Virus record (IMG/VR): IMGVR_UViG_2711768046_000005
DNA length: 35,930 bases
Source of the DNA: a virus
Lineage: Duplodnaviria; Heunggongvirae; Uroviricota; Caudoviricetes
Direction: 5' to 3' (one strand)
This document shows positions 33,915-35,930 of this stretch, one piece after another; within the stretch, counting starts at the first letter, position 1, and each line of letters begins with the position of its first letter. The position numbers were made by a program, and so were the translations under genes. The notes beneath the pieces were generated by a model that saw only the letters and a list, made by a program, of their open reading frames with translations, made no database searches and had not been told where the DNA came from.

Positions 33915-34207
33915 ACACGATAAGCGAGAAGATAGTCTTAATGCGAAAATCAGAGTATTTGAGCAGACAACAACTTGCTGATTTAACAGGGGTTCCGTAT
34001 GGCACGCTGAGTTACTATGAAAGTGGTCGTTCAACACCTCCAACAGATGTCATGATGAACATCCTGCAGACCCCACAATTCACCAAATACACTTTATGGT
34101 TCATGACCAATCAGATCGCTCCTGAGTCCGGGCAAATTGCGCCCGCTCTCGCACACTTTGGGCAAAACGAAACAACGTCGCCCCACTCCGGTCAAAAGAC
34201 TGGTTAA
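33908..34207 (+). CDS. C: Immunity repressor C (99 aa)
   Basis: MSNTISEKIVLMRKSEYLSRQQLADLTGVPYGTLSYYESGRSTPP... is recognised as P2 C, and an HTH is present. Confidence 0.9.
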   Translation: MSNTISEKIVLMRKSEYLSRQQLADLTGVPYGTLSYYESGRSTPPTDVMMNILQTPQFTKYTLWFMTNQIAPESGQIAPALAHFGQNETTSPHSGQKTG

Positions 34208-34322
34208 CAATTCATCGTGAATATATTCATCACAAGTGCCTACTATTGGTGGCTAAATTTCAGCCACCACGAAAAAAGCGATTAGTAGTCGCAAAAAAAC
34301 ACACCACTCGGAGGGTTTTCTG

Positions 34323-35336
34323 ATGGCAATCAAAAAACTCGATGATGGTCGATATGAAGTGGACATCCGCCCTACTGGACGTAATGGAAAACGCATCCGT
34401 AGGAAGTTTGATAAGAAAAGCGAAGCTGTCGCTTTCGAGAAATACACGTTGTACAACCACCACAATAAAGAATGGCTATCAAAACCAACAGACAAGCGAC
34501 GTCTGTCGGAGCTGACACAGATCTGGTGGGATTTAAAGGGTAAACACGAAGAGCATGGGAAATCTAATCTTGGAAAAATTGAAATCTTCACAAAAATAAC
34601 GAATGACCCATGCGCATTTCAAATTACGAAATCGCTTATCAGCCAGTACTGCGCCACCCGAAGAAGTCAGGGTATTAAACCTTCGAGTATCAATCGTGAT
34701 TTAACATGTATTAGCGGCATGTTTACAGCCCTGATTGAAGCGGAGTTATTCTTTGGTGAGCACCCTATCAGAGGGACAAAAAGGCTTAAGGAGGAAAAAC
34801 CAGACACAGGCTATCTCACGCAGGAAGAAATTGCCTTACTGCTTGCTGCTCTTGACGGCGACAACAAAAAGATTGCGATTCTTTGCCTGAGTACTGGAGC
34901 ACGTTGGGGAGAAGCAGCTCGTTTGAAAGCAGAAAATATCATCCATAACCGCGTCACGTTTGTTAAAACGAAAACAAACAAACCACGCACCGTCCCGATC
35001 TCAGAGGCTGTTGCCAAAATGATCGCGGATAACAAACGAGGTTTTTTATTCCCTGATGCTGATTACCCTCGCTTCAGACGAACAATGAAAGCAATAAAAC
35101 CGGATTTGCCAATGGGGCAAGCCACACATGCACTAAGGCACAGCTTTGCCACTCATTTCATGATTAATGGAGGAAGTATTATCACGCTACAACGGATACT
35201 AGGTCACACGCGGATTGAGCAAACTATGGTTTACGCTCATTTTGCGCCAGAGTACCTTCAGGACGCCATTTCTCTTAATCCGCTAAGAGGTGGTACTGAG
35301 GCCGAGAGTGTCCACACAGTGTCCACAGTAGAGTAA
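34323..35336 (+). CDS. int: Tyrosine integrase (337 aa)
   Basis: P2 Int length and sequence. Catalytic signature: ARWGE (R), HALRHSF (H-x-x-R), GHTRIEQTMVYAH (H...Y). Confidence 0.9.
   Translation: MAIKKLDDGRYEVDIRPTGRNGKRIRRKFDKKSEAVAFEKYTLYNHHNKEWLSKPTDKRRLSELTQIWWDLKGKHEEHGKSNLGKIEIFTKITNDPCAFQITKSLISQYCATRRSQGIKPSSINRDLTCISGMFTALIEAELFFGEHPIRGTKRLKEEKPDTGYLTQEEIALLLAALDGDNKKIAILCLSTGARWGEAARLKAENIIHNRVTFVKTKTNKPRTVPISEAVAKMIADNKRGFLFPDADYPRFRRTMKAIKPDLPMGQATHALRHSFATHFMINGGSIITLQRILGHTRIEQTMVYAHFAPEYLQDAISLNPLRGGTEAESVHTVSTVE
35309..35327. promoter_or_regulatory. Int arm-type binding repeats (2 x TGTCCACA, 11-bp spacing), int-side arm
   Basis: Perfect direct octamers lie at 35309-35316 and 35320-35327 inside the int 3' end. 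They mirror the pair at 1574-1592. Confidence 0.55.
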
Positions 35337-35415
35337 CGTTTAAGGGCTTTCAGTGGTAATTTATGCCGCTCAAACCCGCATTGTACCGTTGAAAGCCCCT
35401 ACTGGTGACACCCTA

Positions 35416-35443
35416 AATCTCCCTTACACGGGCTTATTTTTTA
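35416..35443. repeat. Attachment-site core, int-side junction
   Basis: Identical 28 bp to 1507-1534. Confidence 0.9.
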
Positions 35444-35461
35444 TACATAAACCATAGAGAC

Positions 35462-35514
35462 GGATTGATCCCAGGTCACCGTCTTCCATTGACCACATCG
35501 ATAGAATCTCCCTT
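35462..35514. repeat. Degenerate copy of the ogr-side phage arm plus a 10-nt partial core (fossil P2-like att remnant)
   Basis: 35462-35501 aligns with 1557-1596 at about 80% identity with two 1-nt gaps. The copy keeps TGACCACA but has lost the first octamer. aatctccctt at 35505-35514 repeats the first 10 nt of the core. Confidence 0.6.
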
Positions 35515-35517
35515 CAT

Positions 35518-35550
35518 AGCACGATGCCTTTCACGTAACGGCATCGTGCT
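35518..35550. other. 11-bp-stem hairpin downstream of yegR (no U-tract)
   Basis: The stem is agcacgatgcc (35518-35528) / ggcatcgtgct (35540-35550) with an 11-nt loop. It may be a yegR 3' stabiliser or terminator. Confidence 0.4.
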
Positions 35551-35612
35551 CGCACAGGTTCCGGCTAAGCACAACCAGAACGCGGATGTTTGACGCTTAC
35601 CAAAAAATATTC

Positions 35613-35930
35613 TCACTCTCCACATTTGAATGTCAGACGAGCGACGCCATGTAATCCTGCACCTTCTGTCTTCAGGTCAACTATCTGCATTTTTTTGCCC
35701 TGAGTAACACAGAAATGAACTGCATCATTTTTTACTATATTTTCTGCACCAGATATTCTACCCCTGGCTAAAGAAGCTTCGGCTTCGGTGTAGTATTGGT
35801 TATCGAGTTTACGCTGAATATTACTTTTATATGCAAGACCAAATTTACCGATACTTGTCTCATCATTATGTACAGCACACCCAGACATAAGAAAAACACT
35901 AATTAATGATATAGCAGCTATCTTTTTCAT
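35613..35930 (-). CDS. yegR: Small lipoprotein YegR (105 aa)
   Basis: The signal and lipobox MKKIAAISLISVFLMSGC are present, and the sequence is recognised as E. coli YegR. It neighbours the P2 remnant / cyaR locus in K-12. The ORF starts exactly at the window end. Confidence 0.8.
   Translation of the reverse strand: MKKIAAISLISVFLMSGCAVHNDETSIGKFGLAYKSNIQRKLDNQYYTEAEASLARGRISGAENIVKNDAVHFCVTQGKKMQIVDLKTEGAGLHGVARLTFKCGE

Larger units (their letters stand above)
1507..35443. mobile_element. Complete P2-like prophage (about 33.9 kb) bounded by duplicated 28-bp att core
   Basis: The full P2 gene order with P2-length proteins is present, along with cos, int and identical core repeats at both ends. 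Host genes yegQ/cyaR lie to the left and yegR to the right. Confidence 0.95.

Noticed and set aside
34253-34591. 112-aa - strand ORF across the C-int intergenic region and the int 5' end
   Set aside because: It is antisense to int, has no SD, and I recall no P2 counterpart.
35337-35415. Possible IHF site and a 9-nt inverted repeat (gggctttca ... tgaaagccc) between int and the core
   Set aside because: There is no convincing match to WATCAANNNNTTR on either strand. The inverted repeat has a 37-nt spacer and may just be the int terminator region or attP architecture. It is not supportable without comparison.
1-35930. CRISPR arrays, tRNA/rRNA genes, IS elements or transposases
   Set aside because: None were seen. 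There are no regularly spaced repeats, no cloverleaf-like segments at the att sites (the target is an sRNA terminator, not a tRNA), and no transposase-like ORFs in any cargo island.

Overview
The window is an E. coli-type chromosomal segment, yegQ-cyaR ... yegR, interrupted by a complete P2-like (Peduovirus-type) prophage of about 33.9 kb at 1507-35443. The prophage sits in the 3' end of the CyaR sRNA gene, and a 28-bp attachment core is duplicated at both junctions. All canonical P2 modules are present, full length and syntenic, running inverted relative to the + strand. The order is ogr-D-U-T-E/E'-FII-FI | G-H-I-J-W-V | S-R-lysC/B/A-K-Y-X-L-M-N-O | P-Q-cos | A-orf83..80-B-orf78-cox | C-int. 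Known P2 signals are readable directly. These include the cos site, the E/E' -1 frameshift site, the embedded lysC, the Pe/Pc switch with two C-operator repeats, the Int arm-type repeats, and TGT-N12-ACA late-promoter dyads. The backbone does not explain three visibly AT-rich cargo islands that replace the three classical non-essential P2 loci. (1) At the Z/fun position there is a 444-aa FRG-domain protein (8752-10086, +) bracketed by 36-bp inverted repeats. (2) At the orf30 position there is a 247-aa all-alpha protein with two RNxxxH (HEPN-like) motifs (15530-16273, +). (3) At the old/tin position next to cos there is a tightly coupled three-gene operon (25970-29257, -). It encodes a PP2C phosphatase, a Hanks-type Ser/Thr kinase with an FHA-like C-terminus, and a second Ser/Thr kinase with a cold-shock-domain-like C-terminus. 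I rank this phosphatase plus two-kinase module as the best candidate for an undescribed anti-phage or abortive-infection phosphosignalling system. The FRG and HEPN-like orphans are secondary candidates. Gene identities come from recognising P2 protein sequences and lengths from memory and from motifs visible in the translations. No database search was possible, so novelty cannot be verified here.
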